Source: a virus (Duplodnaviria > Caudoviricetes). Taken from it: a DNA stretch of 28,044 nucleotides. The notes under the pieces were generated by a model, which did no database searches, was not told where the DNA came from, and was given only the letters and a program-made list of their open reading frames with translations. The stretch covers positions 1 to 28,044 of the IMG/VR virus record IMGVR_UViG_3300031953_000085. One strand, written 5' to 3'. Numbering within the stretch: position 1 is the first letter of the stretch; each line of letters opens with the position of its first letter. The translations under genes and the position numbers were made by a program. Shown piece after piece: positions 1 through 7,088 of this stretch.

Positions 1-958
1 GGCCGTCAGCTTTCACCTTGTCGATGTCGGCGAGTGCTGCGTTCAGCGCTGCCTCTTCCGTCGTGCGGGTTTTGAGCTCTGCGGCGATCGCGGCCCGGGC
101 GGCTTGTGCGCGCACCTTCACGTTCACCGCATCGACGTTGCTGATCTGATCCGTCACAGCGTCATCCAGCTTCACCACAATCGTCGCCGCAGCGGCCACG
201 GCCGCACGCTCGGCAGCCACGAGTGCTTTGTGCTCGGCTCGGGCTTCGTCCAGCTGAATCGCCAGCGCCTTGCCCCGCTCCTCAGCAGCAACGCGGGCGA
301 CCTCAGCTGCGAGAACCTCACCGTGAATCCGTTCGGCGTCGGCATTGTGCTCGCGGATCGCATCACGCTCGGCGTACAGCGCAGCGATGTCGACCTCAGC
401 GGCCGGCACGCTCGCATCCTCCGCAGCGCACCCGGCGAGCTGCGCAGCCAGGCGCTTGACCTCGCGGGTCTTGTCCGTGCGCCCGTCGAAGAATCCCTTC
501 CGCTTGGCCGTGATCTCTTCGAGGTCGAACGGCAGCGTCACCTTGGCGAGCAGCTGGTCGCGCTGTTCCTTCTCCGAAAGTCTCACGAACTCATCCGGGT
601 CGAAGAGGATGCCGCCAGTGATCTCCGCGACGAACGCTTTCCCGCTGGGGTACTTCGCCCCATCGAGTGCGTACGCCGTGAGGACCCCAGCGTCATCCTT
701 CTTCCACACCCGGACGATGCGCGCCTCCGTCGTTTCGATCTCCACCCGAGCTTCGTTCGCGCCCTCGTGGATCGGCTTCGGAATGATGCGCGTTCCCTGC
801 GGGTCGATGCACTCTTGGATGGCATGGATCAGGCTGGACTTCCCCGACCCGTTCGGCCCGGCGATCTGCACCAGTGCGCCATCGGGGGCGAGTTCGATCG
901 TGCCGCCGATCCCCATGAAGTCGGTGACGGTGATTTTGGTGATGCTCTGTTCTGTCAT
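1..958 (-). CDS. SMC/Rad50/RecN-like AAA ATPase with coiled coil; 3' end lies beyond the window
   Basis: Not in the ORF track because it has no stop in the window. Manual translation from ATG at 958 gives MTEQSITKITVTDFMGIGGTIELAPDGALVQIAGPNGSGKSSLIHAI, with Walker A GPNGSGKS, followed by an Ala/Glu-rich helical region. ATGA overlap with the upstream gene. Confidence 0.85.
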   Translation of the reverse strand, partial: MTEQSITKITVTDFMGIGGTIELAPDGALVQIAGPNGSGKSSLIHAIQECIDPQGTRIIPKPIHEGANEARVEIETTEARIVRVWKKDDAGVLTAYALDGAKYPSGKAFVAEITGGILFDPDEFVRLSEKEQRDQLLAKVTLPFDLEEITAKRKGFFDGRTDKTREVKRLAAQLAGCAAEDASVPAAEVDIAALYAERDAIREHNADAERIHGEVLAAEVARVAAEERGKALAIQLDEARAEHKALVAAERAAVAAAATIVVKLDDAVTDQISNVDAVNVKVRAQAARAAIAAELKTRTTEEAALNAALADIDKVKADG

Positions 959-1137
959 TTGGTGCGCCTTTCAGAGGGGTGGTCGATCCAGTGACGGATC
1001 AAACCGAAGATGGCCAAGATCGCGACCAATGCGGCCAGGACGTGGATGATGGTGGAACCGGCGAACGCTCCGGCCGCGCTGATAGTGATCGCGACGGCGA
1101 AGATGAGGCCGAGGATGCCGTTGAGGTACGGGGTCAT
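955..1137 (-). CDS. small two-TM membrane protein (60 aa)
   Basis: MTPYLNGILGLIFAVAITISAAGAFAGSTIIHVLAALVAILAIFGLIRHW; ATGA overlaps at both ends; the longer ORF start at 1506 is rejected. Confidence 0.75.
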   Translation of the reverse strand: MTPYLNGILGLIFAVAITISAAGAFAGSTIIHVLAALVAILAIFGLIRHWIDHPSERRTK

Positions 1138-1397
1138 AGGTGCACCGTCCTTCTGTTCAGGAGAATCACAACGCAATTGCGGGCGACGAACGCCTGCCGC
1201 CACCAGTCCTCCTCGCGATCGACGCGCCCGTCGTCGAGCGGCGAGGCCGCGATAGTGATCAGCTCCGGGGCGGTCTCGGGGAGCAGGTAGCCGACGAGTT
1301 CGCGCTCCTGGCTGCCGCGGCCCCAGATAACGCACACACGATCGCCGACCGCCGGGGCGGGTCTGCGCTTGGGCTTGCCAGCGAACAGCAGCGCCAT
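1134..1397 (-). CDS. hypothetical phage protein
   Basis: Coupled chain of early genes (TGATG overlap at 1397). Confidence 0.65.
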   Translation of the reverse strand: MALLFAGKPKRRPAPAVGDRVCVIWGRGSQERELVGYLLPETAPELITIAASPLDDGRVDREEDWWRQAFVARNCVVILLNRRTVHL

Positions 1398-1645
1398 CAG
1401 GCGAGCACCGCCCAGTCGCGCCACGCCTCAATGTCGATCGACACGGGACCGGACGGACCTCGCCGATTGTCGCTGATCGTCTTCGCCTCGACTCTGCCGA
1501 AGCCAATGGCCGTAATCTCGATGCACACCTCAGCGACTGTCGGCGGCGTTGCCCAACCGTGCGTGGTGCTGCTGATCAGCCGCGTGCCGACCTTGATGCC
1601 GTTCTCCCGGCAAGTCTCGGCGGGGGTATCCATAATCTTGATCAT
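1397..1645 (-). CDS. hypothetical phage protein
   Basis: ATGA overlap with 1642..1833. Confidence 0.65.
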   Translation of the reverse strand: MIKIMDTPAETCRENGIKVGTRLISSTTHGWATPPTVAEVCIEITAIGFGRVEAKTISDNRRGPSGPVSIDIEAWRDWAVLA

Positions 1646-1833
1646 GAGCAGGCTTCCGATCCGGGATGGATGGTGCGTGAAAGAGCGATAGTGGCGCAGG
1701 CAGTGACCGCGGCGTACGCGGCAGCGTTGCCAGCGGTGTGTTCGAGGTTGGCGAGCTTCATCAGATCCGCGTGAATGTCGCGGCTTCGCTGATCAGCTGC
1801 TGTGCTTTCGACCGCCGCATGCCTGGCGCTCAT
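1642..1833 (-). CDS. hypothetical phage protein
   Basis: ATGA overlaps on both sides. Confidence 0.6.
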   Translation of the reverse strand: MSARHAAVESTAADQRSRDIHADLMKLANLEHTAGNAAAYAAVTACATIALSRTIHPGSEACS

Positions 1834-2135
1834 GCGATGACTCGCTCGATCAGGGCAATTGCGACACCAGTCAGAGCGCCTGCAGCGACGACGAGCAGGT
1901 TCAAGACGTGCGTGCGTGCGAGTCTGAACCGGCGCGGCGCCGCAGCCACACGCCGAACCGGCATCGGGTGACCGAGGCCATCCAACCGGTCAAGGCGCGA
2001 GTATTCCGGCACAGGGTCATCGGCTATCAGCCGCGACCACCACGGCTTGCTGTGCGCAGCCCCAGTGATGCCGATGATCGGCTGGTACGTGTGGCGGCGC
2101 CCGTCCTTCATGCGTGTTTCGTTGAGGGTGATCAT
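1830..2135 (-). CDS. hypothetical protein with C-terminal TM helix
   Basis: C-terminal VLNLLVVAAGALTGVAIALI; ATGA-coupled to the antirepressor stop. Confidence 0.65.
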   Translation of the reverse strand: MITLNETRMKDGRRHTYQPIIGITGAAHSKPWWSRLIADDPVPEYSRLDRLDGLGHPMPVRRVAAAPRRFRLARTHVLNLLVVAAGALTGVAIALIERVIA

Positions 2136-2968
2136 GCGTTCACTGCTTTCAGCTCGGTGAAGAATCGGCGGCGGATACTCGGCAGCGCCTCGGAACGGAT
2201 GTACAGGGTCTGCTTGACCTGCCCGTTGTGATGGCGGGGCGCGTTGTGCTGCGGCATCAGCCGGAACTTGCCGCCGTGGCCGGATGCGGCCCGGTACTCG
2301 CGGTCAATGACTTCCTTCTGCTGCGACTGGGACCATCGCTTGCCGATCGTGAGTCTGTAGATCCAGTTCGCGGTCATGAGCGTGTCCCGCAGAACGCCCT
2401 CGGCCACGCCCAGTTCTGATGCTGCGACCCGGAAGAGCACCACGTCATCCGATCCCAGGAACTCATCGACGTAGGCGACTTTGGGGGCGTCCAGTTCGGC
2501 CTGAGCCTTGAGCGCCGATGTCTGCTCGACTTCCGCGACGAGCGCCTTTAGTGCTGAGAGGTAATCGCCGGGGAGCGCGGGGGCCGCTTGCTCGGAGAGT
2601 TCCTGCTTGCGGGCCTGGTAGGCGAAGTACGACTGCATGGCCGCGATCTCAGGCTTGCGACCGTCGCCGTTCTGGAAGAGGATCGAGCATCCGTACCGGG
2701 TCAGCTCCACATCTTCGATCTGACGCTTGGCCCCGGAGCCGACCGTGACCAATTTAGGCGCTCCCCTAAAATGGTCGGCGGCATCTTTCCCGCTCGCATT
2801 CACCGATGCAATGGCCCGGTTGATTGCGTTACTGAAATCCTGCCAGGCGGTGTAGCCGGCGAACTGCATTAGGTCGCGGGCGCTCCATGCTTCCCCGTCT
2901 GTCAGGGTGACCATTTTCAGGTCGTCCAGCCTTTCGGCGTAGGCGGTGGTAATCTCGGTTCTTGTCAT
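2132..2968 (-). CDS. phage antirepressor (BRO-N/DinD-like N-terminus plus KilAC/ANT-like C-terminus)
   Basis: WSARDLMQFAGYTAWQDF...LTRYGCSILFQNGDGRKPEIAAMQSYF is BRO/DinD-like. LPGDYLSALKALVAE...APKVAYVDEFL is KilAC-like. Start reassigned to ATG 2968 (MTRTEIT). Confidence 0.85.
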   Translation of the reverse strand: MTRTEITTAYAERLDDLKMVTLTDGEAWSARDLMQFAGYTAWQDFSNAINRAIASVNASGKDAADHFRGAPKLVTVGSGAKRQIEDVELTRYGCSILFQNGDGRKPEIAAMQSYFAYQARKQELSEQAAPALPGDYLSALKALVAEVEQTSALKAQAELDAPKVAYVDEFLGSDDVVLFRVAASELGVAEGVLRDTLMTANWIYRLTIGKRWSQSQQKEVIDREYRAASGHGGKFRLMPQHNAPRHHNGQVKQTLYIRSEALPSIRRRFFTELKAVNA

Positions 2969-2990
2969 TGGAATCTCGTTTCTGTGTCGT

Positions 2991-3019
2991 GGCCCCCTGT
3001 TAGAGCAGGGGGTTCTTTC
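2991..3019 (+). terminator. hairpin plus T-rich tail, putative terminator of an antisense RNA to the antirepressor 5' end
   Basis: GGCCCCCTG-ttagag-CAGGGGGTT followed by ctttc; -10-like TAATCT at 2950-2955 on the + strand. Confidence 0.5.
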
Positions 3020-3030
3020 GATGGTCGGTT

Positions 3031-3282
3031 CTACGCGCCGATGTAGCGGCCATAGATCTTGCCCTTGCCGCTGACCACATCTCGCGTGGTGAATTCCCAC
3101 TCGCCGACGGTGCTGAAGGCCGAATTCTTCCCCTTGCGCCAGTTGTAGGCGCAGCTTGCCGCAACGTCCGTAGCCATAAGCGCCCACGCGCCCGGGTTGG
3201 CTCGCAACTCCGCGGCGACCGCATGCCATTTCCCGGCGACGCCATTGGCCGCTTCGGCTGGCTCTTCCCATACAATGCCCAT
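3031..3282 (-). CDS. hypothetical phage protein (83 aa)
   Basis: MGIVWEEPAEAANG...ELRANPGAWAL...KIYGRYIGA; purine-rich RBS AGAGGGA upstream of ATG 3282. Confidence 0.75.
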   Translation of the reverse strand: MGIVWEEPAEAANGVAGKWHAVAAELRANPGAWALMATDVAASCAYNWRKGKNSAFSTVGEWEFTTRDVVSGKGKIYGRYIGA

Positions 3283-3316
3283 TTGTTTTTCCCTCTGTTG
3301 GTCGTGCGTGGTTACG

Positions 3317-3385
3317 TGGACGGGAAGGGAATCGGACCCTCTCTCCGGGAAGTGAACAACCCGGCGCATACCCACTGCCCCGCCC
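3317..3385 (-). ncRNA. tRNA-like cloverleaf (degenerate; probably not a decoding tRNA)
   Basis: Acceptor stem GGGCGGG/CCCGTCC plus A; D-like arm GCA-GTGGGTA-TGC; stem CCGGG/CCCGG with a 10-nt loop; T arm GAGGG-TCCGATT-CCCTT. Confidence 0.55.
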
Positions 3386-3390
3386 ATGTG

Positions 3391-3421
3391 CCCCGGTCAA
3401 GGGCTCGACGCTTGACCGGGG
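3391..3421. other. 11-bp perfect stem-loop
   Basis: CCCCGGTCAAG-ggctcgacg-CTTGACCGGGG. Confidence 0.7.
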
Positions 3422-3687
3422 GTGTTGCGTCCTTTCAGCGATAGGGGCCGGTTTCGCCCCACTTACTCGCACCATCAGGATTCGTGCTGATTGCCGCCGA
3501 TCTCTCTCGGTCATCGACGGCCGTACCCACCGACCTCGAATGGTCAGTGGTCGTTCCGCGCCCTGAGTACGTTCCTTGGCGGGGCCATGACCGTCGGATT
3601 GGCCGTTCCCTCTCGCCGTGCAAGCCCCCGCCTGCACCATTCGTTCGTGGTGCCCCGTACGGCGGGGTAAATATCCTTCTCAGTGCG

Positions 3688-3704
3688 CTGTATTCAGTTT
3701 TCAA
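3688..3704 (-). promoter_or_regulatory. boxA-like antitermination element
   Basis: Minus strand reads TTGAAAACTGAATACAG, resembling rrn boxA-region sequences (TTTGA(A/G)AACT...); AT-rich island in the early-operon leader. Confidence 0.4.
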
Positions 3705-3845
3705 TGAGGTGCAGTCGCGCCCAGCCATGTCGCTCTCGCGGTGGTCCCTGGGGCAATGTCTTGCAGCCGGCATGCGGGCACGCCAGCGGTTCGGCCATCC
3801 AGTGGACGGCCAAGAATGAGAGGCGCAGAGAACGCGCCTGGCGGC

Positions 3846-4064
3846 TTACCTAGCTACAGGCAGCGGCTTGTCGACGGGCAATGAATCGGCCCACTCGACC
3901 AGCTCTTTGTGAGTGATGATCGGCGTCGAGTTCGGATAACGGCGAGTGATGTCGCCGGCCGCAAGAATGCGATTGAACGACGGGAGGCTCATCCCGACAG
4001 CTTCCGCTGCGGCAGGGATGGCATACGCTACCGGGGCCGGCGCACTGAGGCGCGGGCTGCTCAC
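3846..4064 (-). CDS. excisionase/AlpA-like HTH DNA-binding protein
   Basis: AYAIPAAAEAVGMS...IITHKELVEWADSLP; GTGA-coupled to the Cro-like gene. Confidence 0.7.
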   Translation of the reverse strand: MSSPRLSAPAPVAYAIPAAAEAVGMSLPSFNRILAAGDITRRYPNSTPIITHKELVEWADSLPVDKPLPVAR

Positions 4065-4309
4065 GGGGTCTCGATTTCGGTTCGTGCCACGAAATCAACG
4101 AGAGGGATTCCGAGGAATCGCACGATGGAGTCAAGCTCGTCCATGTTGAACGGCTTGACTCCACCTAAGCGTCTGCGGAGTGTTTCGGTTGTCATGCCCG
4201 TTGCCAGTGACAGGCTTGTACGGGACTTCTTTTGGATAGCGAGTTCCGACCGGAGTTCGGCCGCGATCCTCGCTCTTCTTAGTCCTGGGTCCTGCGTTGT
4301 TTGCTCCAT
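4061..4309 (-). CDS. Cro-like XRE HTH regulator
   Basis: SRTSLSLATGMTTETLRRRLGGVKPFNMDELDSIVRFLGI; divergent from the repressor; TATTGT -10 lies 7 nt before ATG 4309 (leaderless). Confidence 0.8.
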   Translation of the reverse strand: MEQTTQDPGLRRARIAAELRSELAIQKKSRTSLSLATGMTTETLRRRLGGVKPFNMDELDSIVRFLGIPLVDFVARTEIETP

Positions 4310-4386
4310 GTGGATCACAATACACACTTATGGAACAAAACACACCATTTTTCTCGCATTATCCAAATCTGTGCAAGAATCCAGTC
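4310..4386. promoter_or_regulatory. divergent promoter/operator region of the lysis-lysogeny switch
   Basis: 77-bp AT-rich gap between two divergent XRE genes; -10-like TATTGT (- strand, 4317-4322) and AAGAAT (+ strand, 4375-4380). Confidence 0.7.
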
Positions 4387-4686
4387 ATGGCTGGTGGATA
4401 TAAGAGCGCTCCCGGGCCGCTCACACAGGAGATAGCCGCGATAATTCGCGAGAAAATGGCGCGCGACAACGTCAAAGACGGGCAGCTGTCGGCTGCTGTG
4501 GGCGAGGCTCGCCTGTCACGCCCGCAAATCAATAAGATTCGGCTGGGTCAGAAACAGATCGACATCGAAGACCTCGAGCGGATCTGTTGGGCGCTCGGCC
4601 TAAGCTTCCTCGATGTGATTACCCAGGCCGACGCAGCCACCCCCAACCGCCACGTCGAACCCGAGTGGGACGTCAAGCCGCTCTAA
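4387..4686 (+). CDS. immunity repressor, XRE HTH (99 aa)
   Basis: LSRPQINKIRLGQKQIDIEDLERICWALGLS; the only + strand gene in the early region; start reassigned to ATG 4387. Confidence 0.8.
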   Translation: MAGGYKSAPGPLTQEIAAIIREKMARDNVKDGQLSAAVGEARLSRPQINKIRLGQKQIDIEDLERICWALGLSFLDVITQADAATPNRHVEPEWDVKPL

Positions 4687-4859
4687 GCCCAGGTCGGGAA
4701 GCTGGTCAGCCATTCAGCGATGTCGTCTCTGAGGATCACAGGTTGGTCATCGATTCTGCGCGCGCGAAGCTGCCGGCCCTTGAGGGCAATCTCGACAGTC
4801 CTCACTGGAACCCCCGCGGCCGAGGCCGCCTGAACGATGGTGTAGCCAATCTTTGACAC
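4683..4859 (-). CDS. second excisionase-like HTH protein (58 aa)
   Basis: GTG start after AAAGGGG; MSKIGYTIVQAASAAGVPVRTVEIALKGRQLRARRIDDQPVILRDDIAEWLTSFP; own -10 TAGGGT (4913-4918) and hairpin at 4884-4905. Confidence 0.7.
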   Translation of the reverse strand: MSKIGYTIVQAASAAGVPVRTVEIALKGRQLRARRIDDQPVILRDDIAEWLTSFPTWA

Positions 4860-4964
4860 AGATGTTCCCCTTTTGAATGAACGCAGCCGGGCAGATCCCC
4901 GGCTGTTCAATCACCCTATATCGGGGGTCAGACATGTCTATTGTCGAGCACACCCGCCGGCGCC

Positions 4965-6299
4965 CTAGTCCGTCGCGTGCTTCGTGTTGTCTGTCCCCAC
5001 GTCCGGGGCGTCAAGGGCAAGGAACGCGGCCATAGACGTCAGCGCGGCGCCCTGCTGCCCCATGTCCACATCTGTGTAGTGCTGCGTCATCGCCGGGGAG
5101 CTATGCCCGAGGATCGCCATGCGCGTGGCCTGGTCGACACCAGCGCGGTTCAGCAGCGACGCGGTGACATGACGCGCGTCATGCAACCGCACATCCGTGA
5201 CGCCCGCACGCTTGAGCAGCGCATCCCATGCTTTCGAGTCAGGGGACGGATCCAGCGGCGTCCCGTCCAGGGGGAGCTCCCGGCCGTGCCTGTCCTTCTT
5301 CGGGTCGGCCGTCCACACGAACCCGTGGGGGTTCGGCTCCGTCCCGGCGACTTCGATGCGGCGCATGACCATGGTCTTGAGCGGCTCGACGAGCGTCAGC
5401 ATCCGCTTGCCGGCGTCACTCTTGGGACGCGCCAGCCAGAGCCCACCCGTGACATGGCGGTGCTCCCAATCCGCAGGACCGTTGAGCGTACGCGCGGGAC
5501 AGTCAGTGCCACGCTTACGATCACACGTGCCCCCGCAGCCATGCTGCCACGACAGCCGCTGCAACTGCCACGACAGGTCGAGGGCATTGGGCAGCACGCG
5601 ATCTATCTCAAGGCCGATCAGCTCACCTTGCCGCGCACCCGTCAGGAGCGCAGCCCACCACCGCGAGCCCAGACGCTCATGCTCCGTCATTCGCAGCACA
5701 GCGATACCCTCCGCAGCGCTCATGACGTTCAAGCTCGACGCCGCCACACGCGGTTTCTTGGCGAGGTCGGTCGCGATCTCCTCCACGTACCCCTCGCGCT
5801 TGGCGTCCTTCAGCGCGCTCGACAGGCAGTTGTGGGCATAGAGCGCAGTCGACGACGACAGCCCCTTGCTGATGATGTCCTTGTGCAGCTTCCGCACGTC
5901 AGTGTGCGCGAGCTGATCCAGGCGTTTCTTGCCGATGCTGGGAATGATGTGCACCTTGATGCTCGACCGGTAGCCGGCCGCAGTCTTAGGTCGCACGTCC
6001 ATCCAGTCATCCAGCCATTCGGTCAGCCATTCGGTGACTGTGCGAGTGCTGGTGCTGACCGTGCCGCGTTTGAGCCGTTCGCGCTTCAGCTTCGTCAGCT
6101 GCTCTTTCGCGAGGCCCTCCGTCTTACGCTTGCGCGTGACGCGGTGCCGTTCGCCATCAGGGGAGGGGAGCTCAATCGCGGCCACCCAATATTTGAGTGG
6201 CTGCTTCGGATCCTTGGGGACCCTGTACGTGGTCCCCTCACCTTTTGCGTGGCGGTTCGGGCCTTGCTTCGGCCGCCCGTTATTGCGCGCGCTGCTCAT
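4965..6299 (-). CDS. int: tyrosine integrase
   Basis: N-terminal arm-binding-like KGEGT region, SAM-like domain, and catalytic motifs GARQGE, RPKS, RLHDARH, LGHS and HY; adjacent to attP. Confidence 0.95.
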   Translation of the reverse strand: MSSARNNGRPKQGPNRHAKGEGTTYRVPKDPKQPLKYWVAAIELPSPDGERHRVTRKRKTEGLAKEQLTKLKRERLKRGTVSTSTRTVTEWLTEWLDDWMDVRPKTAAGYRSSIKVHIIPSIGKKRLDQLAHTDVRKLHKDIISKGLSSSTALYAHNCLSSALKDAKREGYVEEIATDLAKKPRVAASSLNVMSAAEGIAVLRMTEHERLGSRWWAALLTGARQGELIGLEIDRVLPNALDLSWQLQRLSWQHGCGGTCDRKRGTDCPARTLNGPADWEHRHVTGGLWLARPKSDAGKRMLTLVEPLKTMVMRRIEVAGTEPNPHGFVWTADPKKDRHGRELPLDGTPLDPSPDSKAWDALLKRAGVTDVRLHDARHVTASLLNRAGVDQATRMAILGHSSPAMTQHYTDVDMGQQGAALTSMAAFLALDAPDVGTDNTKHATD

Positions 6300-6423
6300 T
6301 TCTTCTCCCCATGTTTGAGTCCCTTCTTCTGCCGTGCGCCATCCACTCTGCCCCGGTGAGTACTCCAGAGGCCTCGAGTCTTCTAACGACTGCGCCGCGA
6401 CGGACTGCTGCGGTAGAGTTCAT
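6280..6423 (-). CDS. putative 47-aa leader peptide overlapping the int start
   Basis: RBS GGAAGGA, then ATG AAC TCT ACC (MNSTAAVRRG...); stop lies 20 nt inside int. Confidence 0.4.
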   Translation of the reverse strand: MNSTAAVRRGAVVRRLEASGVLTGAEWMAHGRRRDSNMGRRNEQRAQ

Positions 6424-6469
6424 GGTGTTCCTTCCCTGTTGGACTTCGCGTAAAGCAGTGGATGGAGCT

Positions 6470-6512
6470 GAGGCCGTCAGGGTTGCCGCCCTGGGGGCCT
6501 CGTCTTTTTCTT
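6470..6512 (+). terminator. hairpin plus T-tract in the int leader (antisense orientation)
   Basis: GAGGCCGTCAGGG-ttgccg-CCCTGGGGGCCTC followed by gtctttttctt. Confidence 0.65.
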
Positions 6513-6523
6513 GGTACATGTGA

Positions 6524-6532
6524 AACGTAGCA
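6524..6532 (-). promoter_or_regulatory. extended -10 promoter for int
   Basis: TGcTACGTT on the minus strand, abutting the left arm-type repeats. Confidence 0.5.
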
Positions 6533-6535
6533 CGG

Positions 6536-6557
6536 TGGGTAGCCATTGGGTAGCCAT
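6536..6557 (+). repeat. integrase arm-type sites, left arm
   Basis: Tandem TGGGTAGCCAT x2. Confidence 0.85.
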
Positions 6558-6650
6558 TGTGGGGTATTGCATGCAAGATCAGTCAATATCTGTGCGTGGG
6601 AGTTCCGCACGATTCCGGCCCACACAGGCCATGTTCTATATGGAACGTCC

Positions 6651-6695
6651 CACTCGTAATGAGAAGGTCGTCAGTTCGATTCTGACAGGCGGCTC
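6651..6695 (+). mobile_element. attP core: 3' half of tRNA-Thr(CGT)
   Basis: Anticodon loop CTCGTAA, 3' stem TGAGA, T arm GTCAG-TTCGATT-CTGAC, acceptor 3' strand AGGCGGC-T. No D arm or 5' acceptor strand upstream. Confidence 0.9.
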
Positions 6696-6743
6696 AATGA
6701 AACAAAGGGATGCAGGGGCATCCAAGGCCAGCGAAACGGGCAA

Positions 6744-6765
6744 GGGTAGCCATTATGGTAGCCAT
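6744..6765 (+). repeat. integrase arm-type sites, right arm
   Basis: GGGTAGCCAT-ta-TGGTAGCCAT; same GGTAGCCAT core and orientation as the left pair. Confidence 0.85.
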
Positions 6766-6849
6766 AGGGTCGTTTGGGAGGCCATTCTGGGCCTCCTGCG
6801 CAAGCGGCGCGCTACACTCCAAGCACCGGCCAACAATCAAGGGGAGACC

Positions 6850-7068
6850 ATGAGCAGCACGGCGACCAAGACTCGGTCCAATCCATTCGCCACCGCATTG
6901 CTCGCGATTGGGGGAGGTGCGATACTCCTGGCTGCTGCCTTCGCGATGATGGCCAGTGGCACGGACCTGACAGAGTCGTGGGGGGCTGCGGCCGCCGGCG
7001 TCCTGTTCCCGCTCGGCGTCGTCGCTGTTCTCCTCTGGCTGACCGTCGCAGCCTTGCGCTGGAAGTAG
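6850..7068 (+). CDS. small two-TM membrane protein (moron-like)
   Basis: RBS GGGGAG, -10 TACACT at 6813-6818, two hydrophobic helices, downstream terminator. Confidence 0.75.
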   Translation: MSSTATKTRSNPFATALLAIGGGAILLAAAFAMMASGTDLTESWGAAAAGVLFPLGVVAVLLWLTVAALRWK

Positions 7069-7088
7069 CAGCGCGCACCACCGGGCCA

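Noticed and set aside
104-994. 296-aa plus-strand ORF
   Set aside because: Antisense shadow of the minus-strand ATPase, which has a clear Walker A motif.
2969-3640. 224-aa N-terminal extension of the antirepressor in the ORF track
   Set aside because: Arg/Gly-rich nonsense that overlaps a real gene in another frame and the structured RNA region.
4941-6359. 472-aa plus-strand ORF
   Set aside because: Shadow of the integrase in high-GC DNA.
6563-6646. Palindromes TTGCATGCAA and GTTCTATATGGAAC as a dif/lox-like site for recombinase 2
   Set aside because: The arms are too short and the spacing does not fit an 11-13 bp arm with a 6-8 bp spacer. They may be accessory-factor sites, but this is unsupported.
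6620-6697. Complete tRNA-Thr gene
   Set aside because: Only the anticodon loop to acceptor 3' strand is present, with no D arm or GCCGCCT 5' strand. It is the att core.
6536-6765. CRISPR-like or iteron repeat array
   Set aside because: Four 9-11 bp repeats in two pairs around an att core fit arm-type sites; no spacers, cas genes or rep gene.
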